From Acidobacteriota bacterium (lineage in GTDB: Bacteria; Acidobacteriota; Thermoanaerobaculia; Multivoradales; UBA5704): a DNA stretch of 64,000 bases. This document shows, piece after piece, positions 27,795 to 36,246 of this stretch (position 1 is its first letter; every line of letters begins with the position of its first letter). A program made the translations under genes and the position numbers. The notes below the pieces were generated by a model. The model saw nothing but the letters and a program-made list of their open reading frames with translations. It was not told the DNA's origin and ran no database searches. Location: the NCBI GenBank assembly GCA_040005235.1, contig JBDTZG010000015.1, positions 1 through 64,000 of the forward strand, read 5' to 3'.

Positions 27795-30343
27795 GGAGCC
27801 TCCTCCGCGATCGATGCAGTTGCGGCACCGCGCGACTGGCCGAGCACCGCGTCGAGCGCGGGCAGCACGAGCAGCGTCGCCGCGAGACAGGCGAGGCCGC
27901 CGATCGCAACGATCAGTCCGGCGTTGCGCAGGCCCGGCACGCGCGATGCCGTCAAGCTGCCGAAGCCGATCGAGGCGGTGAGCATTACCAGGGTCATCGC
28001 CGGCCCCGATTCGAGCAGCACTTCGCGCATCCCTCCGGCGGCATGGCGGGCGCCCACCACCGCATGGACGCCGAGGTCGATTCCAGTGCCGAGCAGCACC
28101 GGCAGCGCCGCCACGCAGACGAGATCGAGCGGCCGGCCGAGCGCTCCCCACAGGCCGAAGGTCCAGAGGCAGCCGAGCAGCAACGGCATGCTCGCGAGCA
28201 GCGAAGAGCCGATCCGGCCGCCGAGCGAGATCAGCACCACGATCGCGACCAGGATCGCGGCGAACCCGCTCGACCGGAGCAGATCGCGCGAGGCGACCCG
28301 GCGCAGCTCGCGCCCGACCCGCGGCGCGGAGGCGAACGCCGCCCCCGGCACATCGCGCTCGATCTCCGCGGCGAGCGACTCGGCCGCGTTTTCTTCCAAC
28401 GCGCCGATCGGCACCCGCAGGTGGACGGCGACCGCCGCTCCGGCGGGAACCCCCGGGGCGGCGGGAACACTCGTCCGCACCAGCTCGGACATCCAGTCCG
28501 GCCAATCGGCCGAGGCCGGAGCGCCCGCGTCCTCGCCGCGGGCAAAGCCGCGCAACGTTTCAAGCGCCGGCCGGAACGGCTCGACGCGAAAACCGGCGGC
28601 GAGCATCTCGCGCTCGAAGTCGTCGGCGGCCCGCCCGAGCGGCAGCGCGCGAAGCTCGGCCAGCCGTTCGGCGCGGCGGCTGCCGAGCACGATCCAATCC
28701 GACGGGCTGTCGATCGCCGAATCCTTCGCCAGTCGTCGGCCGAGGATCTCGCGCACCCGGGCCGCAGCGTCGAGCGCGCTCCCAAGATCCGGCCGGCGGA
28801 CCACGACTGTCGAGGTGTCGAGGCCGAGGCCGAATTTGGTGAACGCGATCGTCTCCAGGGCCTGAAGCGGCGTATCGGCCGGCCGCAGCGCCCGCGGATC
28901 GACGCTCACTGCGAGACCGGAGAGCCCCCAGAGCGAGGCGAGGGTGGCCACTCCGGCGACGACGAGCACCGGCAGCGGACGCCGCGAGGCGAAGCCGGAG
29001 GTCCGCAGCAGCATCGGCTGCCAGAACGCCCGCCAGAGCATCGCCCGCGGGCGCCGTTCCTTCTTGCCGAACACCAAGAGCGGCGCGGCGATCAACACCG
29101 TGGTCGCGAGAGTTGCGAGCACACCGAACATGAGTAGCAGACCCAGCTCGCGCAGCGGCCGGAAGTGGGCGATCGCCAGAGCCCCCACCGCGACCGCCGA
29201 GGTGAGCGCCGAGGAGACGATTCCCGGCCCCGCCTCGACGAAGGCGAGCTGGAGAGCTTCGGGGCGCGAAGCCCCTCCGGCGCGGGCGAGGCGGAAACGC
29301 GAGCCGCCGTGAATGCCGTATTCGACCCCCAGGCCCAGCAGCGCCGCCGCGAAGCCCACCCCCACCACCGTGATGCTGCCGAGCGCGAGCGCTCCGGCCC
29401 CCACGGTCCAGGCGACCCCGGCAATCACCGCCAACGTGATCGCGACGGGGATCAACACCCCTTCGAACCCGGCGAGCAGCACGGCGGCTACGCCCAGAGT
29501 CGAGCCCGAGATCGTCGAGGCGAGGTCGGTGCGCAGGATCGCCTCGTCGTGCGCGGCGTAGATCGGCCCGCCGATCGCGCGCACGTTGAGCTTCGTGCCG
29601 GTCTCGGCCTCGGTCGTCTTCCGCGCCGCTTCGATCGCCGCGAGGATCGCGCGGCCGGCCGCCGGATCGAGCTCGGCGCGCGCCGGGGTGATCACCACCA
29701 GGGCGGCGCTGCCGTCGCGGGCGATGAACGCGCCGGAGAGCGGATCGATCGGCAGACCGGCGGGCGCCGCGCCGAGCAACCCTTCGGACAAACCGAGCGG
29801 ATCGGCGGCGTAGAGCCCGCGGGCGAACCCCCCCATGGGGCTGCGCAGCCCCTGGCGCATGGTCGCCACCCGGGCGTGAATCGCCGCCGGCTCCAACCGC
29901 TGTTCGAGATCCTGCCGCCAGCCGGGGGCGTTCACCAGCAGCGGCAGGCGCGGCGCGATGCGGCCGAAGAAAAATCGTTCGTCGGCATCTTCCAATCCCG
30001 CCCGCGCCGCGCGCACCTCGGGGCTCGACTTCAAGATCTCGGCGATCCGGCGCGCCGCGTCTGGTAGCACGCCGTCGTCGCCTTCCCCATCGACCGCGGC
30101 CTTTGGGGCTCCCGCGATCTCGACGATCGCGAACACTTTCTCGAACCCGCCGAACGTGCGCAGAAACGTCCGGTAGTCCTCGGCCGCGGGCGCGTCATTC
30201 GGCAACAGGTCGGACAAGTCGGTATCGATCGCGATCCGCGACGCGGGCCAGAGCGAGAGGGCAGTGATCGCGAGTCCGAGGCTAAGCGTCCGGCCGGGGC
30301 GTTGCGCGATCCGGCTCGCGATGCGTTCGAGCAATCGGGGCAT
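27791..30343 (-). CDS. MMPL/RND family exporter
   Basis: Two membrane repeats, GLGVEYGIH and GTGIDLGVH; N-terminal TDLSDLLP. Confidence 0.88.
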   Translation of the reverse strand: MPRLLERIASRIAQRPGRTLSLGLAITALSLWPASRIAIDTDLSDLLPNDAPAAEDYRTFLRTFGGFEKVFAIVEIAGAPKAAVDGEGDDGVLPDAARRIAEILKSSPEVRAARAGLEDADERFFFGRIAPRLPLLVNAPGWRQDLEQRLEPAAIHARVATMRQGLRSPMGGFARGLYAADPLGLSEGLLGAAPAGLPIDPLSGAFIARDGSAALVVITPARAELDPAAGRAILAAIEAARKTTEAETGTKLNVRAIGGPIYAAHDEAILRTDLASTISGSTLGVAAVLLAGFEGVLIPVAITLAVIAGVAWTVGAGALALGSITVVGVGFAAALLGLGVEYGIHGGSRFRLARAGGASRPEALQLAFVEAGPGIVSSALTSAVAVGALAIAHFRPLRELGLLLMFGVLATLATTVLIAAPLLVFGKKERRPRAMLWRAFWQPMLLRTSGFASRRPLPVLVVAGVATLASLWGLSGLAVSVDPRALRPADTPLQALETIAFTKFGLGLDTSTVVVRRPDLGSALDAAARVREILGRRLAKDSAIDSPSDWIVLGSRRAERLAELRALPLGRAADDFEREMLAAGFRVEPFRPALETLRGFARGEDAGAPASADWPDWMSELVRTSVPAAPGVPAGAAVAVHLRVPIGALEENAAESLAAEIERDVPGAAFASAPRVGRELRRVASRDLLRSSGFAAILVAIVVLISLGGRIGSSLLASMPLLLGCLWTFGLWGALGRPLDLVCVAALPVLLGTGIDLGVHAVVGARHAAGGMREVLLESGPAMTLVMLTASIGFGSLTASRVPGLRNAGLIVAIGGLACLAATLLVLPALDAVLGQSRGAATASIAEEAP

Positions 30344-30351
30344 AGGGACTC

Positions 30352-31086
30352 TCAAGCCGAGGCGCCGGCATCGACCACCAAGGTCTGACCGGTGATCGAA
30401 CCAGCACCTGCGGAAAGCAGGAACGCTACCGCAGCGGCGACCGATTCCGCGCGGACCCCGCCGGGAAGGCATTCGCCCGCTCGCAGGCGGTCGATCTGCT
30501 CGGGGGAGAGATCGGCGGTGAGGTCGGTCGCGACGAAACCGGGGATGACGGCGTTCACCCGGACGTTCCGCTTCCCCACCTCGCGGGCGAGCACGCGGGT
30601 CATCGCCAGCAGCCCGGCCTTGGTCGCGGCGTAGGCCGACTGACCGGCGACGCCGTGGAGGGCAGAAAGCGACGAGACGTTGACGATCGCGCCGCTCCGG
30701 CGCGAGACGAATCCGCGCAGCACCGCGCGGGAGAGCCGGAAGGCGCCGGAAAGGTTTTGGTCGACCACGGCGTCCCAATCTTCATCCGAGGTCAAGGCGA
30801 GCAGCGATTCGCGGCGGATGCCGGCGTTGTTGACCAAGGCGCCAAGTGGTCCGATCTCGCTTTCCACTTCGGAGATCAGATCGTCCGGCCGATCCCGATC
30901 GGCGAGGTCGAAGGAGAAAGCCCGCACCGGGGTATCCCGGTCGGCCGACAGTCGGTCCGCCACCTCTCGGGCCGCCGCAGCATCGCTCTTGAAAGTGAAA
31001 GCCACGGTCTCCGAGTTCCCCGCGAGCGCTTCGACGATCGCAAGCCCAAGACCCCGGCTGCCGCCTGTCACGAGAACCGCCGTCAT
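30352..31086 (-). CDS. 3-oxoacyl-ACP reductase (FabG-like SDR)
   Basis: TGGSRGLG, NNAG, S..YAATK. Confidence 0.9.
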   Translation of the reverse strand: MTAVLVTGGSRGLGLAIVEALAGNSETVAFTFKSDAAAAREVADRLSADRDTPVRAFSFDLADRDRPDDLISEVESEIGPLGALVNNAGIRRESLLALTSDEDWDAVVDQNLSGAFRLSRAVLRGFVSRRSGAIVNVSSLSALHGVAGQSAYAATKAGLLAMTRVLAREVGKRNVRVNAVIPGFVATDLTADLSPEQIDRLRAGECLPGGVRAESVAAAVAFLLSAGAGSITGQTLVVDAGASA

Positions 31087-31811
31087 GGCCGATGCCTTTC
31101 GAACCGCGCGCCGATCACCGCCCGGGCGATCCGCAGGCTGTCGATCAACGGCCGGTAGTGGCTGGTCGTGCGGCCGTCGGCAAATCCCAGGTGAACGGGG
31201 GTTGCGACGATGATCAGCCCGCGCCGCGCCGACCGGACCACGACGGCGCTTTCCGCCTCGAAGCGGTCTTCGGGAAAACCGACCGCCTCGATCAGCCGGC
31301 GCGAGTACCAGCGGAATCCGGTCTGGATGTCGGGCACCGACCGGCCCGCGGCAAACGAGATCGCGCGCGAGGAGAGGCGATTGCTCGCCCGTCGGACCCG
31401 GCTCATCTCGGCAAACAGGTGGTCGCGCACGCCGAGGGCCAGGTCGGCCCCTCCTTCGATCAGGGGCAACAGCTTCGGGATCTCGCTCGACAGATGCTGG
31501 CCGTCGGCGTCGAGGGTGATCACCCCGTCGCAGCCGAGCGCCAGAAGATCGCCAAAGGCGCGCCGGAGCGCAGCGCCTTTCCCCAAGTTCTTGGGCTGGA
31601 CCAAAACCCGCGCCCCTGCGGCGCGCGCCGCGTCTCCCGTGCGGTCGGTCGAGCCGTCGTCGATCACCACCAGCTCGGAGAGCGGCCGGGCGGCCGTGGG
31701 CGCCGTTCCCGGCGCGGCGAGCAGCGCGAGCGTTCCCTCGACCACCGCACCGATCGAAGGCGCCGCCTGGTAAGCGGGGATCGCAACGCCGATTTTGAGA
31801 TTTTGGCTCAT
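31083..31811 (-). CDS. Glycosyltransferase family 2 (DPM1-like)
   Basis: IPAYQ, DDGSTD, GKGAAL, DADGQH, DIQTGFR. Confidence 0.9.
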   Translation of the reverse strand: MSQNLKIGVAIPAYQAAPSIGAVVEGTLALLAAPGTAPTAARPLSELVVIDDGSTDRTGDAARAAGARVLVQPKNLGKGAALRRAFGDLLALGCDGVITLDADGQHLSSEIPKLLPLIEGGADLALGVRDHLFAEMSRVRRASNRLSSRAISFAAGRSVPDIQTGFRWYSRRLIEAVGFPEDRFEAESAVVVRSARRGLIIVATPVHLGFADGRTTSHYRPLIDSLRIARAVIGARFERHRP

Positions 31812-33130
31812 GGGTTTGCCATCGATTCCGGCATCGACTCCAAAACCAGCCAAGTCGCGGCCCCCCCGGCTGCCAGGCCGGTCGCGAGCACCCGGCGCGG
31901 CGTCGCCAGCGGCCGGCCATCGTGGGGAATAAGCCCCAACTCCGGATCGGCCTCGGCGAAACCCGCCGTAGGGCCGAACGGCGCACCGCAAGCGGCGAGC
32001 AGAGCCGAGGCCAGGAACCCGCCTCCATATTCGCCCGTCACCCCTTTGGGCGCAAGGATCGGCGGCAACGTCTCTCCCTCCCAGGCCGAGGAGAGAACCG
32101 AAGCTTCCAGCCGGTCGCCCGCCACCGCGCCGCTAGCGCCGGAGACGATTCGGTCGATCGCGGCGGGAGCGAGCCCGAACCGGATCAGGCCGCGGACCAG
32201 GCCGCGCGCGAGCGCCGGACCGCCATGGCCCCAATCGGTCGGCGGCGCGGTCGGATCGAACGCGCTCGCCCACCCGGCGACCCGGGCGATCGGCCGGGCT
32301 CCCCGTTCGAGCGCATCGTCCTCCCGTTCGAGCACCCAGACCACCGCGCCCTCGGCGGCCAGGAACCCGTCGCGGCGCCGATCGAACGGCCGCGCCGACT
32401 CGCCCTCGCCATCCGCCCCGCGCGATCCGCGCGGCCCTCTGGACAATGCGCCGAATCGATCGAGAAACGAATGAAGGAGCGGCGTCATCTCTTCCGCCGC
32501 GCCGACCAGCGCGCGCCGGGCGCGGCCCGAGGCCACCTCGGCGGCCCCCTTGGCCACCGCGAGCAGCGGCCCGGCCTCGCGTTGGACGACCGTGATGTTT
32601 GCCCCGCGAGCCCGGGCCGCGATCGCGATCTGCGCCGCGGGCGCGTTGGCGACGCACTCGGTGAAATAAAACGGCGAAGCCGCCTCTGGATTTTCCAGCA
32701 GGATCTGACGCATCAGGTGCTCGGTGAACGAAGACGGCCCGAACGAATTGGCGAGCACCACCGCGGTCGCCTGCCCGGGACCCGGCGAGTCGCCTTCCGC
32801 CTCGGCCGCGACACGGCCCTCCGGATCCGCCAGCCCCGCCATCGCGAGCGCCTGGCGCGCGGCGGTCACCGCGAGCTTCGAAGGGGGGCTCATCCGCCGC
32901 GCCTCGCCCGGTTGCAGCCAAGGGGTCAAGCTCTGGGTCGAGGCCCGCAACGCCAGCCGGGCGCTCGGATCGGCGTGGTGGTAGCCGGCCGACCGGTCGA
33001 TCTCGGAAAGCCGCGGCCGGCCCTCTTGAAGCGCAGCTTCGAGCCCCTCGGTACCGAGCCCGTAGGCCGAGACCCCGCCGCAGCCGGTGATCACCACCGG
33101 CGACAGGCTCCTCGAAGGCGCGCCGCTCAT
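31808..33130 (-). CDS. Non-catalytic ketosynthase-like protein (chain-length-factor-like)
   Basis: KS fold (RPFD..RDGF..AEG); TVVQREAG replaces the catalytic SAC, SGASG and PKGVTGE replace the His motifs. Confidence 0.8.
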   Translation of the reverse strand: MSGAPSRSLSPVVITGCGGVSAYGLGTEGLEAALQEGRPRLSEIDRSAGYHHADPSARLALRASTQSLTPWLQPGEARRMSPPSKLAVTAARQALAMAGLADPEGRVAAEAEGDSPGPGQATAVVLANSFGPSSFTEHLMRQILLENPEAASPFYFTECVANAPAAQIAIAARARGANITVVQREAGPLLAVAKGAAEVASGRARRALVGAAEEMTPLLHSFLDRFGALSRGPRGSRGADGEGESARPFDRRRDGFLAAEGAVVWVLEREDDALERGARPIARVAGWASAFDPTAPPTDWGHGGPALARGLVRGLIRFGLAPAAIDRIVSGASGAVAGDRLEASVLSSAWEGETLPPILAPKGVTGEYGGGFLASALLAACGAPFGPTAGFAEADPELGLIPHDGRPLATPRRVLATGLAAGGAATWLVLESMPESMANP

Positions 33131-34377
33131 CGGGGGTCCGCCCGCTCGAAGACCAGCGCGGCGTTGGCGCCGCCGAACGCCAAGCTGGTCGACAGGGCGG
33201 CCATCGAAGGTCCCCGGGGGGCGAAAGCACCCAGCCGGCGCGGCGAATCCAACACCAGATCGATGCCTAGATCGGGATCGACCTCGCCGCCGGCCGAGCT
33301 GGGGTGGACCTCGCCGTGCGCCAGGCAAAGGACGGTCGCGACCGCTTCGATCGCGCCGGACGAGCCGAGCAGGTGCCCCACCAGCCCCTTGGTCGAGGTC
33401 ACAGGAATCGCCCGCGCCCGGTCTCCCAGCGCGCGCTCGAACGCCCGCCACTCCGCGGCGTCGTTCAACGGCGTGCCGGTGCCGTGGGCATTGACGAACA
33501 CGATCGCCTCGGGTCCGAGGCCGGCATCGAGCAGCGCGGCGGAAATCGCGGCGGCGGCGCCCGACCCTTGGGGCTCCGGCGCGGTCATGTGATGGGCGTC
33601 GCACGAGGCGCCCGCCCCGGCGAGATACGCGAGCGGCCGTACCCCGCGCGCGAGCGCCCGCTCCTCCGATTCGAGGATCAGCACGGCCCCCCCTTCGCCG
33701 ATCGAGAGACCTTCGCGCCCGGCGCGGAACGGCCGACAGGGCTGCTCGTCCACCGAGCGGAGCGAATTGAACCCGGCGTAGGTGATCTGGCAGAGCGAAT
33801 CGGCGCCCCCCGCGATCGCGATCTCCACCTCGCCCGAGCGGATCGCTTCGAGCGCCGCGCCGAGCGCCAAGGCGCCCGAGGCGCAGGCGGACGAGACCGT
33901 CTCGACCGGCCCTTCAATGCCGAATTTCCGCGCGACCGCGTCGCCCGGGCCGTTCGGCTGCTGCGAAGCGAGCAGAGAGGCGCGCAGCCGCGGCTCGCCG
34001 GCCAGAAGGTCGGCGAAAAACGCCTCGCCCTCCCACATGCCGCCGGTCGAGCTGCCGAAATAGAGGCCGACGGACAGGCCCCCAAGGCTCGGAAGATCCG
34101 CCTGGGCGAGCGCCTCGCCGGCAGCGGCGAGAGCAAACTTGTCGGCGAGCGACAGACGGCGCCCAAGGAGTGTCTTCGCGAGCGCGCCATCCGGCTCCGG
34201 CACTTCGGCCGCCACGTGGGTACGGTGGTGCGCGTGGTCGAAACGGATGAAATTGCCGATCGCCGCACGGCCGGCCGACAGACCCGACCACAGGGCATCG
34301 CTACCCCAGCCGAGCCCGCTCACCGCCCCGACGCCCGACACGGCGACGCGCCACGGGCCTTCCGCTCTCTCCGTCAT
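33127..34377 (-). CDS. Beta-ketoacyl-ACP synthase (FabF/ApeO-like)
   Basis: SSACASG, NAHGTGT, KGLVGHLLG, FGGAN. Confidence 0.92.
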   Translation of the reverse strand: MTERAEGPWRVAVSGVGAVSGLGWGSDALWSGLSAGRAAIGNFIRFDHAHHRTHVAAEVPEPDGALAKTLLGRRLSLADKFALAAAGEALAQADLPSLGGLSVGLYFGSSTGGMWEGEAFFADLLAGEPRLRASLLASQQPNGPGDAVARKFGIEGPVETVSSACASGALALGAALEAIRSGEVEIAIAGGADSLCQITYAGFNSLRSVDEQPCRPFRAGREGLSIGEGGAVLILESEERALARGVRPLAYLAGAGASCDAHHMTAPEPQGSGAAAAISAALLDAGLGPEAIVFVNAHGTGTPLNDAAEWRAFERALGDRARAIPVTSTKGLVGHLLGSSGAIEAVATVLCLAHGEVHPSSAGGEVDPDLGIDLVLDSPRRLGAFAPRGPSMAALSTSLAFGGANAALVFERADPR

Positions 34378-34407
34378 CAGCCTCTTTAAGGGCTCTAGGG
34401 AAAGAGC

Positions 34408-34677
34408 TTAGAGCCGGCCCTCGACGAAGCTCGCGAGGCTCGCCACCGAAGCGAACGACTCGCGCCCCATCTCGTTGCTCTTGATCTTGATCCCGAACTC
34501 TTTTTCGAGTGCAACCACCAACTCCAGGGCATCGACCGAATCGAGCCCCAGCCCCTCGCCGAACAACGCCGCATCGTCCTCGATCGAGTCGGGATTCGTC
34601 CCATCGAGATGCAAGCTCTCGACGATCAGGCGCTTGATTCGCTCTCTCAGACTTAGCGTCACAGTGACATCAGACAT
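34408..34677 (-). CDS. Acyl carrier protein
   Basis: LFGEGLGLDSVDALEL phosphopantetheine site, typical of aryl-polyene-type ACPs. Confidence 0.92.
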   Translation of the reverse strand: MSDVTVTLSLRERIKRLIVESLHLDGTNPDSIEDDAALFGEGLGLDSVDALELVVALEKEFGIKIKSNEMGRESFASVASLASFVEGRL

Positions 34678-34994
34678 AAGAAGAAATACCTCAAAATTCG
34701 TCCCCGGATCACCCTTGGGCTCGCTCCAACAAAATCGGAGCCTGCATGTTTCCCGCCAAGCAAGGCGCCCACCCCGAAGCCCACAGGGGAGCGAAGCGGC
34801 GGAACCGACCCAGGAACCGAGACGGAACATCGTACTGTGCGGAGGCCGAAGGCGGCAATCCGGGGGGGCGGGACGGGGCGAGCCGGGGGCGGCGCGTCGC
34901 TATTCGCGCCCTCCAGGCACGAGGCCGCAATGTCCACATTTCCTGAACCGCCGCACTCTCCATATCAGAACCTCGTCTTTCAAAGGAGACTGCT

Positions 34995-35768
34995 ATGAGA
35001 AGCGTTCAGGTGATGCGGTGGAGTTGTGTCTTGTTGGTGATCGCGCTGTTTCCGTTCGCCGCTTCGGCGGGAACGCAGGTGACGGCGGAAGGATCGAACT
35101 TGACTCCGGTCTTTAACGCCAGCGAAGGCTGGAAGGCCGTGGCGAACGGCGTATGGCAGCGTCCGGCCCCAGGAGGCATCGAGACCTACGCGACCGGCGT
35201 CCAGGGCCTGCGCTTCGCCCTGGGCCAGCTCCAAAAGCAGCTCGTCCCTCTGGTTGACGGCTTCCTGGCCAGCCCGAGCGAGAAGCGCAAGGAAATTCTC
35301 GACAACCACCTCGCACTGGTGCGCGAGGTCGAAGCGGACTTGGCGGCCAAGGAGAAAGCCGCGGTCGGAAATTCGGTCGCCGCACCGTTCGACGCGAACC
35401 AGGCCGCTGCAGCGGCCTCCTGTACGCGGACCTTCAGCTACGGGGCCACTACCGGATCGTCCCATTGCTGGAAGCAGGCCAACGCCAACGCCGCCTACTC
35501 CACCAGCAATCCGACCGCCTGCCCGGAGCAATGCACCGTCCACAGCTATGCCTACGCGCAGTCGTCGTGCAGCGATCCCATGGAAACTTCGGACAGCTGC
35601 ACCTTGACGGGAACCAGCGTCTCCTGCTCGTCCTGGGCCGGGGTAATTGCCGCGGGAACCTGCTACTTCTATGGCTTCGGCTCGGTCCATTGCCCGAGCC
35701 TGGGCGGCCTCTACCTCTACCAGACGACCAGCGATTCGACCTGCCTGTCCTGGTGCGGCAGCTGCTGA
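34995..35768 (+). CDS. Secreted cysteine-rich protein
   Basis: RBS AAGGAG, signal peptide (AASA|G), helical pro-region, C-terminal domain with 12 Cys. Confidence 0.75.
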   Translation: MRSVQVMRWSCVLLVIALFPFAASAGTQVTAEGSNLTPVFNASEGWKAVANGVWQRPAPGGIETYATGVQGLRFALGQLQKQLVPLVDGFLASPSEKRKEILDNHLALVREVEADLAAKEKAAVGNSVAAPFDANQAAAAASCTRTFSYGATTGSSHCWKQANANAAYSTSNPTACPEQCTVHSYAYAQSSCSDPMETSDSCTLTGTSVSCSSWAGVIAAGTCYFYGFGSVHCPSLGGLYLYQTTSDSTCLSWCGSC

Positions 35769-35824
35769 GATCGTGACTCGGAAACCGGCCTCCGCCCCCT
35801 GGGTAGAGGCCGTGCTTGCAGCTA

Positions 35825-35920
35825 CTACAGGCGATGCTCGTCGTTGATTCGGCGGGACCAGTGTCCGGCGAGGTTCCAGAGATAGTCATTCCAGCCTGAA
35901 GGAGTGAAACTGAGCTTCAT
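35825..35920 (-). pseudogene. yoeB: Internally deleted Txe/YoeB toxin
   Basis: MKLSFTPSGWNDYLW|NLAGHWSRRINDEHRL*: YoeB N-terminus fused to the WSRRI..EHRL motif; ATG overlaps the antitoxin stop. Confidence 0.8.
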
Positions 35921-36171
35921 ACGTCGAGAAGCTCGCGCTCCTGTGCCAACCCCGCCTGTGCCTCGGCGATCGAGCGCCGTAGATGTTCGGCGTTGGCAGG
36001 ATTCTTCAGAAGGTAGTGGGTCTCCCGCCAGGAGTTGTATTCATCGAGCGGAAAGAGCACGACCTGCTCACCGTTTTCGGTCACGATGATCGTATCGTCG
36101 GCATTCGCTATCACGTCGGCGACGAGCTGTTCGAGATTGCGCTTCGCGTCCTTCAAGGATACGGCGTTCAT
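35917..36171 (-). CDS. yefM: Phd/YefM family antitoxin
   Basis: DEYNSWRETHYLLKNPANAEHLRRSIAE is the YefM signature. Confidence 0.9.
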   Translation of the reverse strand: MNAVSLKDAKRNLEQLVADVIANADDTIIVTENGEQVVLFPLDEYNSWRETHYLLKNPANAEHLRRSIAEAQAGLAQERELLDV

Positions 36172-36246
36172 CGCCTCGCTCCTATTCCGGACGATCAGTG
36201 TAGCAAACCGGCCTCGGCTCTTCGACCGCGGCCGGTTCAATCGTCC

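Noticed and set aside
34862-34889. G-quadruplex motif in the divergent ACP / Cys-rich-protein promoter region
   Set aside because: It fits the pattern, but such runs are common at this GC content and nothing supports a function.
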